Positions 13,107-26,387 of a stretch of DNA of 64,000 nucleotides are shown piece after piece. Both the position numbers and the translations under genes were made by a program. The stretch's first letter is position 1; each line of letters starts with the position of its first letter. Source of the stretch: Octopus vulgaris. Its lineage: Eukaryota. Location of the stretch: positions 28,706,001 through 28,770,000 of the forward strand of contig OX597823.1 in NCBI GenBank assembly GCA_951406725.2, in the 5' to 3' direction. The notes under the pieces were generated by a model. The model was not told the DNA's origin and made no database searches. It was given only the letters and a program-made list of their open reading frames with translations.

Positions 13107-13399
13107 TGTATATATAAATGCATGCATGTATGTATGTATGTATGTATGTATGCATGCATGCATGCATGTATGTATGTATGTATGTATGTATGTATGTATG
13201 TATGTATGTATGTATGTATGTATGTATCTATCTATCTATCTATCTATCTAACGATCTATGTATCTTTCTATCTATGTATCTATCTATCTATCAATCTATC
13301 TATCTATCAACGCCAGCTTATTTGAATTGTCTAAAGTCGAAAGACGCCTGTTGTCTTTGTCCTGTTATTATTATTATTATTGTTTTTTGTTTTTTGTAT

Positions 13400-13675
13400 T
13401 TATATTCGTATTACTTTTTGTTTTTTGCATTTATTTTCGTGTAACTTCGTCTGTTTTTCTCTCCTTGTTTCGTACACATTCGATCCTCTTCCCTAGAATT
13501 CTAATGCTCGTAGTTTAGTTTTTCCTTGGGGCTGGCCAGATCGGGGCAATCTCAAGATTAATCAGGCGAAATTGCGAGGATGATCCGGTTCTTGACTGAA
13601 GATTTAGAGGCTTCGAATGACCCGTCCGTTTTCGTATCGTCTATTTGAATGTTATGCGTTCTTGTCCCATTTTGT
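13400..13675 (+). mobile_element. Unclassified interspersed repeat, family D
   Basis: Reverse-complement copy at 30895-31122; both end next to (TA)n. Confidence 0.65.
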
Positions 13676-13700
13676 ATTTTTATATATATTTTTATACATA

Positions 13701-13766
<66 letters not shown>

Positions 13767-13773
13767 TATTTAT

Positions 13774-13818
<45 letters not shown>

Positions 13819-14037
13819 TATTTAGATAGATAGATAGATAGATAGATAGATACATACATACATACATACACACATACATACATACATATATATGCATATC
13901 ATGGCCGTTTGTCGCTTACGATGACGCGGGTTCCAGTTGACCCGATCAACGGAACAACTTGCTCGAGAGATTATATATATCTGTATCTATCTATCTATCT
14001 ATCAATCTATCTATGTATCTATCTATCTATCTATCTA

Positions 14038-14079
<42 letters not shown>

Positions 14080-14083
<4 letters not shown>

Positions 14084-14331
14084 TAAATGAAATAAAACAT
14101 ATGCATATATATAAACATAAATGTACGTACCTACCTCTACATGTACATATACACGCATATATGAGTACAGGACACCAAAGGGACGTCGAACACAAAGAGA
14201 AACGAAAACATAGACGCAAACCAAAGGAACAGGACATTTTTTATTTTAAACAACAAAAAAAGGAGTACAACTAACACAACGAAGAAAAACCCTTCTTCAG
14301 TCGCTAAGGTTTCATCTACTCTACGTTTCGA

Positions 14332-14335
<4 letters not shown>
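14080..14335 (-). mobile_element. Unclassified interspersed repeat, family E
   Basis: Second copy at 31845-32350 (AAATAAAACATATGCATAT...TGTACGTACCTACCTCTACATG...); abuts (TA)n; strand uncertain. Confidence 0.65.
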
Positions 14336-14394
<59 letters not shown>

Positions 14395-15825
14395 ATTGCT
14401 GGTCTGTTTAAAACTTTTGTTTCGGTATACATTTTGTTACATGGTCATAGGAACATAAAAAAATATTTTTGAAAAATTCAATAAATACCATTACAATGCA
14501 TAAAAAATTGACACTTTTCAAATGTTAGTAAAATCCCGAAAGAACTAGAAAGCTCTTTGTTTTACACGTTTTGAACAAACATTTGTGTAAACGTCGAATT
14601 CAATGGCGTTCTAATCTGATTTGCACGTTTTCTCTGTTTTACTCTCTGGTCTCGTTAAAAATCGATCGCCACAGATTATTCTTCAAACGCAACGTTTTTA
14701 AAAATGCAATTACGAAGTCTCTTAAATTTGAAATATCTGAGGTCTAGTTTATTCGATTGTAATTGTATGCTTAAAGAAGACATTATCACGAAGTGACTTC
14801 TTCTATAGGTTACAGCATAAAAATGCCAGTACTTTACATCGTTGAAACCATTAAGAAATCTATCTACTTAGATGCCCAACAATTGCCATGCTTCAAAGAC
14901 TTAGCTGGCGATATCTCATCTTACAAGATATTAATTACTCTCAGCGCGTGACGGTGCGTTGCATTCTGGTCATAAAATGCTTACTGCTTTCGTGACAGAT
15001 GGTCAAATGTGTTAGTTAAGACGTCATAGTTCCGTTATTAGAAATTGCATTGTGAGTTTCCATTGAATTAAAGACAATCTTATAAACTTATAGGTGAAAA
15101 CGAGTTAGAAAGCAAGTACGGCACGTAATATGATACCGCCATATGCCATAATAGTGAAATCAAGAATAACAAAATTCCATGTAAATCCTTCAAATTTTAC
15201 ACTAAATCTAATATGATACCAAAGGGCAATTAAGTAAATCTTCAAGCTAGTATATCCTGTATTCTGATGCATCAAACTATCCATTGACCTTTCACTTTAA
15301 AATTCTTAAAGGAACAGCTAAACCAATAAGCGATATTTATCGTACGGCGAAATAATTCATGAGATAATTTCTGATGAACCTCTTGCCTTTCCGAAACAAT
15401 AAAAACTGTAGTCAAAGTTCAATTGCCCTCCAATGAATTTAATCACTTGAAATCTGCTATTAAAGAAACAATCGTATGTCTTTTGCACTGTGAAATATAA
15501 TGGTCCTTAGACTGCCACGGGGGTTAATCGTAGTCAAAATAATACGTTTTTAGCATGCCTTGGTTAGAAGGATTATGATTTAAAATGTATTCTTCATTGC
15601 ATGCAATAACGGCTTCAAAGCAGAAGCAACGTACTGTGATTAACTTCATGACAAAAGCGGGGAATGAAGCAGGTAGAGAGGAAGGTAGGATGCAAACACT
15701 TCGACATCTTCAGGAAGCTACATGTTGTTTACGCAGATGTTCACTCGTAGCAAGTGAAATTTCCACAGAGAGTTGAAAACGTTTAGAAAAGAGGATGCTG
15801 GTACGTAAATGTATACATAAAATGC

Positions 15826-15896
<71 letters not shown>

Positions 15897-15998
15897 TGTG
15901 TTTGTGCGTATGTATATGCATACATGCATATATATATATATATCTGCACATATAAATATATAGATATATTTATATATATATGTATATATGCATATATG

Positions 15999-16078
<80 letters not shown>

Positions 16079-16106
16079 TTATATATACATATATATATAT
16101 AAATAT

Positions 16107-16196
<90 letters not shown>

Positions 16197-16579
16197 TCAT
16201 CTATGCCTGACTATCAGTCCTCTTGTCTTTATTAAATGGCTTCCATTAGTATTACAATGTTTCTCCATTGACGTTTTATTTTTCGCCAACCAAAACACTC
16301 GCCATAATGAAATAAAATAATTCCTTTAATCATTTTACATTCTGGACGTTCTAAAGTGTTTTACATTTCATATTATACTAAAGTTAAACATCGAAGCACA
16401 GATTCCCAGACTTTAAACAACAAAAAAAATTCCTTTCTTGAGATAACTCTAATAATTCCATGAGTCATGAGTCAATAAAAACATTTTCATAAAATAACTA
16501 TTTCAGTCTTTTTCGCATTTTTGTTATAACTAACATCAACTCTCATCACATTGTTATCAAAATTTATTGTCATTTACCC

Positions 16580-16963
16580 TTTTACTTGTTTCAGTCATTT
16601 GACTGCGGCCATGCTGGGGCACCGCCTTCAGTAGAGCAAATCGACCCCCAGGACTTATACTTTGTAAGCCTAGTACTTATTCTATCGGTCTCTTTTGCCG
16701 AACCGCTATGTTACGGGGATGTAAACACACCAACATCGGTTGTCAAGCGATGTTGCGGGGGACAAACACAAACACACACACATATACATATATATACATA
16801 TATACGACGGGCTTTTACCAGTTTCCGTCTACCAAATCCATTCACAAGGCTTTGGTCGGCCCGGGGCTATAGTAGAAGACACCCGCTCAAGGTGCCAGTG
16901 GGACTGAACCCGGAACCATGTGGTCGGTAAACAAGCTACTTTCCACACAGCCACTCCTGCGCC
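16580..16963 (-). mobile_element. CORE-like tRNA SINE family B
   Basis: Reverse complement of the unit at 44543-44950 and 62718-63100. Confidence 0.8.
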
Positions 16964-17838
16964 TATGATAATGTTGTCTTAGTTTTTTGTAGAAATCCTT
17001 GGTGTGTAGTTAATCTAACGAAAAATGCTACTACATTTTTTCTATAGAGAGAAAAATGTATTTTCCTTTATAAAATGAGATTGAGGTGATCTTTTATTGC
17101 GATATCGATCAGTATACTTTGCATTTTAGTTCACGTGTTTAAAAATACCGTTCATCTAACGTCAAATTATTATTGGTGTCGAAATATAAGTTAACCTTGG
17201 CCTAATTCTGAATAAACCATAGGGCATTCGTGACGAGTGGAAATTAAATTGAACATTCTAATTTCTAGATGTTGAATACCGCGGCGAAGAAAAAGGTAAT
17301 TTCCTACAGAGGAGTTTCTTGCAAACTCCTTGAAATTATTTTGACTTTCATTATTAAATCTTTAAATAATTTTGTCTTTCAAAATTCGTTTGCAGTAAAT
17401 ATTGAACATCACAACTGTGCACTACTGTATGTGTAAAACTGCAAATTACATTTAAATAATGAATTGTTCAGTTTGGAAAAAAAGATCTGATCATGATTGA
17501 GAAAAGAAGACTAAAGATATGTAGGTAACATACAACGTGATCCAAATGTCAATTATATAGCAAGAAAAATATTCAGAAAAAAATCATAGTGGCGCCATTT
17601 GAAGGATGATTATTGCATCTTTATGAACTAAAATGGCGTCTAAAATATTCTTTTCTATTGTTGGACAATAGTCGAATGTTTATCTTCAAGGCATCAAGCA
17701 AAGATGACGTCATATTTTAACTGTTTCTTCAGAATCGTCTCTCAGATCGTATTCCAGTGTCGACCTCCTGTCAGAGTGCTGGAGGATACGCTTCTATTCT
17801 ATACTACGTAATATATCAAAATATCGTGGTTTATGAGT

Positions 17839-17930
<92 letters not shown>

Positions 17931-18084
17931 ATGTGTGCGTCTGTGTGTGTTTGTGTGCATGTTTGTATGTGTGTGTGTGTATATATACACAACATATAAG
18001 TGTGGTTTTGTCTAAGTAGATGTGTGTGTGTTTATGTGTAAGTGTAAAAGTGTATATTTATATTCAGTATGTATAAGCATATGG

Positions 18085-18312
18085 ATAGATAGATAGCTAT
18101 GTAGGTAGGTAGGTAGATAGGTAGACAGCCAGGTAGATAAATATATACATAAATAGATAGATGGATAGATATATACATAAACATATAGATATCAAGATAT
18201 GCAGGTAGATAGATAGGTAGGTAGGTAGATAGACAGACAGACTGATAAATAGATAGATATGTAGGTATATAGGTAGGTAGGCAGGTAAATAGACAGACAG
18301 ACAGGCAGATAA

Positions 18313-18355
<43 letters not shown>

Positions 18356-18371
18356 TATAGATAGATAGATT

Positions 18372-18440
<69 letters not shown>

Positions 18441-18470
18441 GCAGACAGACAGACAGACAGACCGACAGAC
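18085..18470. repeat. Degenerate (GATA/GGTA/GACA)n array
   Basis: Direct reading. Confidence 0.9.
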
Positions 18471-19150
18471 ATACAAATACACACACACACATGTAGTCAT
18501 AGAATCTTGTTTGATAGACAGAATGCCTCATTTTGACATCACCACCTGGCCCCTGAATAACATTAGAATCTACTTCCTTGCAAATCTGTAGACCAATATC
18601 CCGTTGTGAAAAATAACTTCCTCTGCCCTTCCTTTAGTCTCGTCGGGAATGGGGGAGGCTGGGAAAAGCCATGAGTTTGTGCATTTTCCTTCTAAATAAG
18701 CCATTAAAAACTTCATATCAACCGAAAAAAATTACACTTGAGAATATTTCAGAATGTTGCGTTGGAATAAGATAGACCGACTCACTTTATTAGTCCGCAT
18801 TGAGCAGCAGGACCTCGTACCAAGCCAAGAGAAAAGGATCTTGTTGGATGTTACACAGTACATCCATTACCTTCTGTTTGAAGATTTAGCGTCTCTTTTA
18901 CATTTCCCAGAGATAAAGTTAACCTCACACCTTACATACTCCCCCGGAAGATTGACGCCTTTTTATTCACAGCTGTAACATCTCGAGGCAAGATTTGAAA
19001 GGTTGTTCAAATTAAAATTTCATTAATCCGATATTAACCATTACTTTTGAACCAATCAGGAAGAAGTAATTAATGAGTGAAAAATCATTATACAACACAC
19101 ACACATAAATATTTGTATGTATATCTGTTTGTGAGTATATATATATATAA

Positions 19151-19207
<57 letters not shown>

Positions 19208-19217
19208 CATACATATA

Positions 19218-19249
<32 letters not shown>

Positions 19250-19754
19250 TAGACACACACACATATATATACATATATATGCTGATTTCATCTCAAGCCA
19301 ATTTAGAGTAATCAAACAACTACGCCTGTTCAAAGAAGGATTTAAGAATCTGTCTTTCGCAATCCTATTTCGGTCTCTTTCACTCGCACCTGTTCTCTGA
19401 TTATCTATATGTATAAATACTAACAACATACCTTTGTGCATTTTAGATATTTTGTGCATGACAGATATCTAATTTAAAAAAAAAAAATAGATCATACAAT
19501 GAAACCAAGCAAGAGGAATTTTATAAAAATTGGAAGCTCTACCATGAGTCTGTAAACGCGTGGTAGTCCTCAAGTGTAGAACTTTTTGTAGAACTGCATT
19601 AAGATTTGATGAGTGTTTGACGAATGAATGTGTAGCAGTGTATAGTCCATTTCATTTTATTCTACTTATTTATTTTTTCATTCTTCCTTTTCTCTCTCAT
19701 CTCATTCATTAGTTTTATTTATTTATTTATTTATTATTATTATTATTGTTATTA

Positions 19755-19837
<83 letters not shown>

Positions 19838-19840
<3 letters not shown>

Positions 19841-20270
19841 TAGTTTTATTTTTATAGCGTGCTTTCACTTAACTACCGAGCGCAGCTCTGTGTGCCTTGG
19901 GTATGTGCTGTGATTTGTTGTGATGCTCTGATGGTTATTGTATGGAAAGTGTTCTGCGTAGGATGTGTGCAGTGCCTAGTAGTGCAATTTTCTGTATGTT
20001 ATATGTGTTTGTAAGTCCTGGTGTTTTTGTTATGTATTTGTCTGAATATTTTTTTATCATGCCTAATGCACCTACTATGATAGGAATTGTTTCTGTTTTC
20101 AGGTTCCACATTCTAGTTACCTCTATTTCCAGGTCTTTGTATTTTGAGAGTTTCTCCATTTCTTTTAGAGACACGTTGTCATCTGCCGGTATTGATACAT
20201 CAATTAGAAAGCATTTTTTTTCTTCATGATCTCTGACAACTATATCTGGTCTGTTGGCCTTAATTTCTCT
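19838..20270 (-). mobile_element. 5'-truncated Dong/R4-type retrotransposon (RLE endonuclease and 3' UTR) in (TAA)n
   Basis: IKANRPDIVV..LIDVSIP..KLSKYKDL..IVGALG..IQKIALLGTAHILRRTLS is homologous to the C-terminus of 52508-56413 but a different subfamily; TAA repeats on both sides. Confidence 0.9.
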
Positions 20271-20532
20271 TAATTATTATTATTATTATTATTATTATTG
20301 TTATTTTGCTTCTTCTTTTTCGTCATTTCTTTTCAAAATAAAAGGTCATGTTCTCCATTTATTCCATACAAGATTATACGGTCCCCTGGCCGTGCTGTCT
20401 TAAATCATAACAGGGAAAACCGGAAATAAAGAAAACCTAATTTAAAAAAAAACACAACTTTGTTTATATTTCATAGATCTACCTCCTTCTTTAGTGTATG
20501 CATACATACACACACATATACATACATAAATG

Positions 20533-20570
<38 letters not shown>

Positions 20571-20580
20571 TATATATATA

Positions 20581-22927
20581 TATATTAATAAAAAGAATTC
20601 AAACCTTGTCTGATTTTCACGTTTTATTTACAATCTTATAATGATATATTATAAGATAATATATTATAATTGAATAAAATAAAATGAAATAGTAGAATGT
20701 TAAATATTCATTCTGATTGAACTAGTACTTTCATGCATTGAATTCTGCAATCTTCGGGTTCATGTAGTAGTGTTGACAGTCATGCTTCACAATTTTTGAC
20801 TGTAGCAAGATGAGTGATTCTGTGCTATAAATACAGCTGGGTAGGCTCCAGAGTGCTAGGTTTTGCAAACCGTATTCTGACCAATCAGTGTGTAGTATCA
20901 CTCAATTACTTAAGCTGATTGGTTGGTTGAGCTGATTGGTTTAGGCATCACGCTTTGTTGGACAGGTCAAGAGTCCTGTATCTTGACCCTGGCCGAAGCA
21001 GCAATTGTTGGGTTATTTTTAGAAATGTTGTAAATATCCTTTGTCAGAGATTTTTATATTTTTATATTTCAATTGTCATCATCATCATTGTCAGCACCTT
21101 AATTATTGTTGCTAGTGGTGATGGTGGTGGCAATAGAACTTTTAACCCTAAATAAGATAATTTTCCTGCTATCTTCGTCTTGATCACCTTTAGTATTGTT
21201 GTTGTTGTTAGTGGTCATGGTCGTAGCAGTGGAAGTAATACCTCTAAGTATTATTATTATTGCTTATTTAGCTTGGGTTCGAATTTATCAATAAAATTCT
21301 TTTCTCTGATTTTCCTCTCGATTTCACTTGGGCTGTGTAATTTGTAGAATGGAAATATTATATATATTTTCCGACCACATGTTGCTAGGTGGTTACTCAA
21401 AGGTATCTGACGGACCTCTGGGTCTCTAATCTGTTGCCGGTGTACACGTGAGCGTTCTAATAGTGCGTTTCCCGTCTGACCTACATATATTTCTTCACAA
21501 TTTGGGCATTTGATGCAGTAAATTAAATTTCTGCTTTTGCAGTTCATATTCGCGTTTGTGAATATTTTCCCGGTTTTTGTGTTTATATATTGACCGGTAT
21601 GTATGAATTGGCATGTGCCACATCGGCTATCATTGCATTTAGATACCGTGAATGTTTGGTCTTTGTTGCTGAGGTCAAATTTTGCCTTTGTTAGTAATGT
21701 TTTCAAGTTTTTAGGCTGTCTTTTACTAAGCACCATAGCTCGATCCTTGATTATGTCTTTTAATTCATTACTTTGGGCAATGATTGGTAGGTTTGCTTTG
21801 GCAATGTTGAAGATATTCTGGTGACATGGGTTGTGTGTCACTATGAATGGTATTACTTGTTCTTGTTTTCCTCTTCCTTGGGTTGTCCTAAGTTGTTGTA
21901 TAGGTATTTTTATAGCCCGCTGTATGCCATTTTCTATAAGTAGAGATGGGTATTTTTGTTTGAGCAAAAATTCTCTTAGTTCTATTAGGCGTTTGTTCCT
22001 GATATTTGCATCTTCTACAATAGTACAAATTCTTCTGGCTAGGCAGTATGGGATGTTACGTTTTGTATGTGGTGGATGGCACGACTTAAAATTTAGGTAT
22101 TGATGTGTGTCTGTGTGTTTATAGTATATATCTGTGGTGATGGTGGTGTCTTTTTTAATTACCATTATATCCAGGAATGGTAATTTGGTACTACTCATCT
22201 CCTTTGTAAATTTGAGAGATGGGTGTAGGTTGTTCAAGAGGATATTGAACTCTTCCAGAGTATTTAGAGATTCTGTCCAGATTATGAAACAGTCGTCTAG
22301 GTATCTCTTCCATGCCTTTTCAATATACTTTCTAAATCCAGTGCCATAGTTTACCTCCACCTCTTGGTAGAGTTGTTCTTCTAAGTATCCCATTACAGAG
22401 TTGGCGTAAACGGGAGCAAACCTCGTTCCCATCGCCGTGCCTCTAATTTGGATGTAATTCTTTCCATTGAAGAAGAATGTGTTATTTTCTAGAACAAGTT
22501 TGACTGTGTCTAATATAAATGGCACTGTGAATCTGCTGGGAATCACTTCTCTATGTTTTTCTAACCAGTATTTAATCGCCTTTATTCCTAAATCGTGTGG
22601 AATATTGGTGTAGAGGCTTACCACATCAAAACTTAGTAAAACTGAATTTGTTTCTGTTGTTTTGGGAAGATGGGACAGGAAGTCGATGTCATCCCTGATG
22701 AAACTTGGTATGTAAGTACATAGTGGTTTCAAAACAATGTCAATAAAATTGCTTAGACGGTGTGTAGGGCATGCTGGACCAGCTATAATAGGTCTAAGTT
22801 TTAGGTCTTTTGGATGTAATAATTTTATGTACTCACTTTCTTGTTCTTTTACTGCCTGTTGAATGTTTTTTGATTTGTGTATTTTTGGTAAGCCGTAGAA
22901 GTTGCTGGGTTTTGGTTCAAAATTGGT
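20581..22927 (-). mobile_element. Penelope-like element (Neptune type), left inverted arm, 5'-truncated
   Basis: Near-perfect reverse complement of 23431-25776; outer end abuts (TA)n. Confidence 0.95.
20718..20762 (-). ncRNA. Minimal type I hammerhead ribozyme in PLE 3' region (mirror copy)
   Basis: Reverse complement of 25595-25639. Confidence 0.7.
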
Positions 22928-22930
22928 CAA
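21257..22930 (-). CDS. PLE reverse transcriptase + GIY-YIG endonuclease, N-terminally truncated open frame
   Basis: FYGLPKIHK, LRPII, SFDVVSLYTNIP, GTAMG, RYLDD, LPFLD, YKHTDT..YL...SCHP, linker CNDSRCGTC, IYCIKCPNC..YVGQTG..R..H; the start codon is a junction artefact. Confidence 0.9.
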   Translation of the reverse strand: MTNFEPKPSNFYGLPKIHKSKNIQQAVKEQESEYIKLLHPKDLKLRPIIAGPACPTHRLSNFIDIVLKPLCTYIPSFIRDDIDFLSHLPKTTETNSVLLSFDVVSLYTNIPHDLGIKAIKYWLEKHREVIPSRFTVPFILDTVKLVLENNTFFFNGKNYIQIRGTAMGTRFAPVYANSVMGYLEEQLYQEVEVNYGTGFRKYIEKAWKRYLDDCFIIWTESLNTLEEFNILLNNLHPSLKFTKEMSSTKLPFLDIMVIKKDTTITTDIYYKHTDTHQYLNFKSCHPPHTKRNIPYCLARRICTIVEDANIRNKRLIELREFLLKQKYPSLLIENGIQRAIKIPIQQLRTTQGRGKQEQVIPFIVTHNPCHQNIFNIAKANLPIIAQSNELKDIIKDRAMVLSKRQPKNLKTLLTKAKFDLSNKDQTFTVSKCNDSRCGTCQFIHTGQYINTKTGKIFTNANMNCKSRNLIYCIKCPNCEEIYVGQTGNALLERSRVHRQQIRDPEVRQIPLSNHLATCGRKIYIIFPFYKLHSPSEIERKIREKNFIDKFEPKLNKQ

Positions 22931-25100
22931 AAGGACTGAAATTCACACCTACACCAACAGCCAACCACCAAGAATTAAAGGAGGATATCCAAAAATTCTG
23001 TCGAAAATTACGACTTGTAGAATTCTTCGCTAACAAAAGTAATGAGATTGATGAATCCCTAGTAAGGAATAAATCAAATTTCACCCCACCAAAAGGAAGA
23101 AATAACTACCTTGACCAATACATTGATATCCTGTCTAAATTTCCCCTTAGACGCAATACCAATGTTAGGCCAAACATTAGCAAATCAGAGATGTCTGCAT
23201 GTAAACGTATACAAAACGATCAAACAATAATAATTAAACAAGCAGATAAAGGTGGTGCAATTGTTATTATGGATACCGAATACTATAAGGATTTGGTTGA
23301 AGACCAACTGAAGGATACAACCTTCTATTGTGAAATACCCGCAAATATAGACCACCACATCATGAAAAAGATCAACAACCTGATTTCAACACACCACAAC
23401 TCACTTACGGATAATGAAAAAGACTACATCACCAATTTTGAACCAAAACCCAGCAACTTCTACGGCTTACCAAAAATACACAAATCAAAAAACATTCAAC
23501 AGGCAGTAAAAGAACAAGAAAGTGAGTACATAAAATTATTACATCCAAAAGACCTAAAACTTAGACCTATTATAGCTGGTCCAGCATGCCCTACACACCG
23601 TCTAAGCAATTTTATTGACATTGTTTTGAAACCACTATGTACTTACATACCAAGTTTCATCAGGGATGACATCGACTTCCTGTCCCATCTTCCCAAAACA
23701 ACAGAAACAAATTCAGTTTTACTAAGTTTTGATGTGGTAAGCCTCTACACCAATATTCCACACGATTTAGGAATAAAGGCGATTAAATACTGGTTAGAAA
23801 AACATAGAGAAGTGATTCCCAGCAGATTCATAGTGCCATTTATATTAGACACAATCAAACTTATTCTAGAAAATAACACATTCTTCTTCAATGGAAAGAA
23901 TTACATCCAAATTAGAGGCACGGCGATGGGAACGAGGTTTGCTCCCGTTTACGCCAACTCTGTAATGGGATACTTAGAAGAACAACTCTACCAAGAGGTG
24001 GAGGTAAACTATGGCACTGGATTTAGAAAGTATATTGAAAAGGCATGGAAGAGATACCTAGACGACTGTTTCATAATCTGGACAGAATCTCTAAATACTC
24101 TGGAAGAGTTCAATATCCTCTGAACAACCTACACCCATCTCTCAAATTTACAAAGGAGATGAGTAGTACCAAATTACCATTCCTGGATATAATGGTAATT
24201 AAAAAAGACACCACCATCACCACAGATATATACTATAAACACACAGACACACATCAATACCTAAATTTTAAGTCGTGCCATCCACCACATACAAAACGTA
24301 ACATCCCATACTGCCTAGCCAGAAGAATTTGTACTATTGTAGAAGATGCAAATATCAGGAACAAACGCCTAATAGAACTAAGAGAATTTTTGCTCAAACA
24401 AAAATACCCATCTCTACTTATAGAAAATGGCATACAGCGGGCTATAAAAATACCTATACAACAACTTAGGACAACCCAAGGAAGAGGAAAACAAGAACAA
24501 GTAATACCATTCATAGTGACACACAACCCATGTCACCAGAATATCTTCAACATTGCCAAAGCAAACCTACCAATCATTGCCCAAAGTAATGAATTAAAAG
24601 ACATAATCAAGGATCGAGCTATGGTGCTTAGTAAAAGACAGCCTAAAAACTTGAAAACATTACTAACAAAGGCAAAATTTGACCTCAGCAACAAAGACCA
24701 AACATTCACGGTATCTAAATGCAATGATAGCCGATGTGGCACATGCCAATTCATACATACCGGTCAATATATAAACACAAAAACCGGGAAAATATTCACA
24801 AACGCGAATATGAACTGCAAAAGCAGAAATTTAATTTACTGCATCAAATGCCCAAATTGTGAAGAAATATATGTAGGTCAGACGGGAAACGCACTATTAG
24901 AACGCTCACGTGTACACCGGCAACAGATTAGAGACCCAGAGGTCCGTCAGATACCTTTGAGTAACCACCTAGCAACATGTGGTCGGAAAATATATATAAT
25001 ATTTCCATTCTACAAATTACACAGCCCAAGTGAAATCGAGAGGAAAATCAGAGAAAAGAATTTTATTGATAAATTCGAACCCAAGCTAAATAAGCAATAA
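22928..25100 (+). pseudogene. PLE RT + GIY-YIG ORF with a 1-nt deletion frameshift near 24120
   Basis: ORFs 22810-24123 and 24045-25100; includes the IKQADKGG motif; ATCCTCTGAAC here versus ATCCTCTTGAAC in the left arm (real mutation or assembly error). Confidence 0.9.
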
Positions 25101-25417
25101 TAATAATACTTAGAGGTATTACTTCCACTGCTACGACCATGACCACTAACAACAACAACAATACTAAAGGTGATCAAGACGAAGATAGCAGGAAAATTAT
25201 CTTATTTAGGGTTAAAAGTTCTATTGCCACCACCATCACCACTAGCAACAATAATTAAGGTGCTGACAATGATGATGATGACAATTGAAATATAAAAATA
25301 TAAAAATCTCTGACAAAGGATATTTACAACATTTCTAAAAATAACCCAACAATTGCTGCTTCGGCCAGGGTCAAGATACAGGACTCTTGACCTGTCCAAC
25401 AAAGCGTGATGCCTAAA

Positions 25418-25531
25418 CCAATCAGCTCAACCAACCAATCAGCTTAAGTAATTGAGTGATACTACACACTGATTGGTCAGAATACGGTTTGCAAAACCTA
25501 GCACTCTGGAGCCTACCCAGCTGTATTTATA
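25418..25531 (+). promoter_or_regulatory. Candidate Pol II promoter in the PLE pseudo-LTR (mirrored at about 20826-20939)
   Basis: CCAAT at 25418 and 25435, ATTGG at 25472, TATTTATA at 25524, all upstream of the HHR (25595) and AATAAA (25729). Confidence 0.45.
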
Positions 25532-25594
25532 GCACAGAATCACTCATCTTGCTACAGTCAAAAATTGTGAAGCATGACTGTCAACACTACTACA

Positions 25595-25639
25595 TGAACC
25601 CGAAGATTGCAGAATTCAATGCATGAAAGTACTAGTTCA
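25595..25639 (+). ncRNA. Minimal type I hammerhead ribozyme in PLE 3' region, U4C core variant
   Basis: UGAAC-CCGAAGA-U-UGCA gaauucaa UGCA-U-GAAA-GUAC-UA/GUUCA; palindromic AGUACU stem III; HHRs are an established feature of PLE pseudo-LTRs. Confidence 0.75.
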
Positions 25640-25816
25640 ATCAGAATGAATATTTAACATTCTACTATTTCATTTTATTTTATTCAATTATAATATATTA
25701 TCTTATAATATATCATTATAAGATTGTAAATAAAACGTGAAAATCAGACAAGGTTGGAATTCTTTTTATTAATATATTCTTCTATACACAATCACACACA
25801 CCCATATATATATATA

Positions 25817-25897
<81 letters not shown>

Positions 25898-26387
25898 TAT
25901 GAATAGATGTGTGAGTGTGTGTGTGTGTATGTGCTTAAAACAAATTCTATATACGCATATATAGACATTCGTTTATATAAAGACTGCCACTCGAAAACAC
26001 ACAAACATATACATGTATCCGTATGCATGTACATATATAAAGAGAAATACATTTATATACTCATACTTACACACGCACACGCACACACACACACATACAC
26101 ACACTCATATATATAACGAAGGACAAATAAATGTAGAATAATATATTTATTTGATATCGCCTTTGATATTTCGTTGGGTGTTGGCCACACGAGTGTGCGA
26201 ATTATACGGCAGATGGCACTACTTTTTATTCCTGGCTATTTGTTATTGATGGTTCTGTTAAATAAAATGTTGTAGAGGTCAACTCGAGCAACAGAAATTT
26301 TTGAATTCGGATTCGACAAGGTTACATTATTTACAATATTTACATTATTAACAATTGGTGGATATTTGTCCTCATCTTGTTTTTTTT

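Larger units (their letters stand above)
22928..25776 (+). mobile_element. Penelope-like element (Neptune type), right copy, 5'-truncated
   Basis: Starts at KGLKFTPTP; RT-GIY-YIG ORF ends at 25100, followed by a ~680-bp 3' region with HHR and AATAAA; ends near (TA)n. Confidence 0.95.

Noticed and set aside
13590-13630. CUGAAGA motifs in repeat families D and E as hammerheads
   Set aside because: Could not build stems I-III in type I or type II topology.
15366-15405. CUGAUGA...GAAA
   Set aside because: The intervening sequence cannot form stem II.
14900-15500. Possible decayed DNA transposase
   Set aside because: Only one weak DG-like motif; insufficient evidence.
21603-22349. Plus-strand ORFs over the PLE (also 24254-24754, 53338-56017, 58964-60248)
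   Set aside because: Antisense shadows of retroelement ORFs.
22810-22927. N-terminus MDVIILCTHF... of the 437-aa ORF
   Set aside because: Antisense read-through of the left arm across the inversion junction.
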